Positions 62,888-64,000 of a stretch of 64,000 bases of DNA are shown here, piece after piece. Location of the stretch: contig JAAZLW010000175.1 of the NCBI GenBank assembly GCA_012799135.1, positions 3,075-67,074 on the forward strand, given 5' to 3'. Both the position numbers and the translations under genes were made by a program. A model generated the notes under the pieces. It had not been told where the DNA came from, ran no database searches, and saw only the letters and a program-made list of their open reading frames with translations. The stretch comes from Bacillota bacterium. GTDB lineage: Bacteria; Bacillota; Limnochordia; DTU087. How positions within the stretch are numbered: the first letter of the stretch is position 1; every line of letters begins with the position of its first letter.

Positions 62888-64000
62888 TCTTTCTTTCCTT
62901 CTTCCCACGCTATCCCCCGCCAACGTACAACGGGATGCCTGGCTGCCCGGGTTTCATCGAGCCGTCCAACCACGGTATGGTGTGGAGCTGTCGTCAATTG
63001 CTCTGGTGATTCTCCGGCTTCGCTAGCGATCGCAGCCATCACCTCGATGAAATCGTCTAGAGCTGCCTGAGATTCGGTTTCTGTAGGCTCGATCATGAGA
63101 GCTTCCTCGACAATTAGTGGGAAGTAGACTGTGGGAGCATGGATGCCGTAATCCAGCAGGCGCTTAGCAATGTCCTGAGCGGTAACCCCCTCTGCCTTCT
63201 GGCGTTTAGCCGATAGGACAAATTCATGCTTACAGATTCTATTATAGGGAAGGTCATAGAATGCACTTAGCTTTCTCATCAGGTAATTGGCTGCCAGTAC
63301 CGCATCTTCACTGGCTTGCCGCAGACCTTCCGGTCCCATGGACCGAATATATGCATAGGCCCGGACCATTACCAGGAAATTACCGTGAAAGCCCTTGATC
63401 TTGCCGATGGAACGGGGTCGCCGGTAGTCCAGGTAAAACTCCTCTGCAGCCTTCCCCGGGTCAACTTCGGCTGTTTGACCACCTTGAGCATCCTTACGTT
63501 TTTCCACTACGGGTACAGGTAAGAATGGTACCAGATTCTCCCTGACAGCGATGGGACCTGAGCCTGGCCCACCGCCACCGTGGGGAGTGGAAAACGTCTT
63601 GTGCAGGTTAAAGTGAACCACATCAAAACCCATATCCCCGGGGCGGCATTTGCCCAAGATAGCGTTGGCATTGGCTCCATCGTAGTAAAGCAGACCTCCT
63701 GCCCCGTGTACTATCTCACTGATGGTAAGGATGTCTTCTTCAAAGAGTCCCAGAGTATTGGGATTAGTAAGCATCAGCCCAGCGGTCTGCGGGCCAACTA
63801 CTTCCCGTAGAGCATCGACACTAACTCCACCCCGGTCATTAGACGCTACCTCAACGACTTTGTAGCCACACATAGCAGCACTGGCGGGATTAGTCCCATG
63901 GGCCGAGTCAGGAATGATTATTTCGTCCCTATGTCCTTCACCTCTGTCCTCTTGATAGGCCTTAATTAGCATCAAACCCGTCAGCTCACCATGGGCACCG
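62884..64000 (-). CDS. gcvPB: Glycine dehydrogenase (decarboxylating) subunit 2, 5'-truncated by the window edge
   Basis: [29 protein letters not shown] (PLP-Lys region). The ORF is open to position 64000. Confidence 0.9.
   Translation of the reverse strand, partial: GAHGELTGLMLIKAYQEDRGEGHRDEIIIPDSAHGTNPASAAMCGYKVVEVASNDRGGVSVDALREVVGPQTAGLMLTNPNTLGLFEEDILTISEIVHGAGGLLYYDGANANAILGKCRPGDMGFDVVHFNLHKTFSTPHGGGGPGSGPIAVRENLVPFLPVPVVEKRKDAQGGQTAEVDPGKAAEEFYLDYRRPRSIGKIKGFHGNFLVMVRAYAYIRSMGPEGLRQASEDAVLAANYLMRKLSAFYDLPYNRICKHEFVLSAKRQKAEGVTAQDIAKRLLDYGIHAPTVYFPLIVEEALMIEPTETESQAALDDFIEVMAAIASEAGESPEQLTTAPHHTVVGRLDETRAARHPVVRWRGIAWEEGKKE

Overview
This 64-kb window (roughly 50% GC by eye) looks like core chromosome of an endospore-forming Firmicute with Clostridia-type gene content. 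About 90% of genes lie on the minus strand, so that strand is probably the leading one. I found no rRNA, CRISPR array, transposase, integrase or prophage signature.

Gene content, read right to left along the minus strand:
- gcvPB (partial), pheA, mscS, DUF951, ychF, nanE
- rpsF-ssb-rpsR, a MazG-like gene, yybS, rplI, a Lon-family protease, aroE
- a small plus-strand islet of two unknown genes
- ddl, ABC-F, a DnaD-like gene, dnaB, yabE-like, rsmA, ykuK-like, an amidase, veg
- a GH18-like gene, a DUF3794/LysM gene, an RsfA-like gene, a D-Ala-D-Ala carboxypeptidase, ispE, a GntR regulator, an NTP-transferase, a SASP gene
- glmU, prs, ctc, pth, a membrane protein, mfd, spoVT, a SpoVB-like flippase
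- hup-mazG, inverted onto the plus strand
- spoIID, yabP, yabQ, divIC, yabR, DUF501, tRNA-Leu, ogt, a PocR/AraC regulator, a second SASP gene, tRNA-fMet

The left ~12 kb is less conserved. It holds two membrane HD-GYP paralogs, a DUF5317-like gene, an ABC exporter with a DUF1854 partner, a solitary SPPY DNA methyltransferase, rbsK and a NitT/TauT-type ABC importer.

Observations I rate most worth follow-up:
1. Two unannotated mini-ORFs of 32 and 26 codons have strong RBSs and signal-peptide-like sequences. Each sits directly upstream of one HD-GYP gene, which suggests a peptide plus c-di-GMP phosphodiesterase module.
2. The ABC exporter carries an N-terminal cytoplasmic module with a Cys4 zinc ribbon and is paired with DUF1854.
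3. A solitary beta-class SPPY methyltransferase has no restriction partner nearby.
4. A GH18-like, peptidoglycan-binding protein has a degenerate catalytic motif (DGVALDFQ).
5. Both SASP genes carry identical sigma-G promoter boxes.
6. veg is preceded by tandem consensus sigma-A promoters.

All family assignments come from motif recognition by eye and from memory. Many start codons were re-picked from RBS context and remain provisional.
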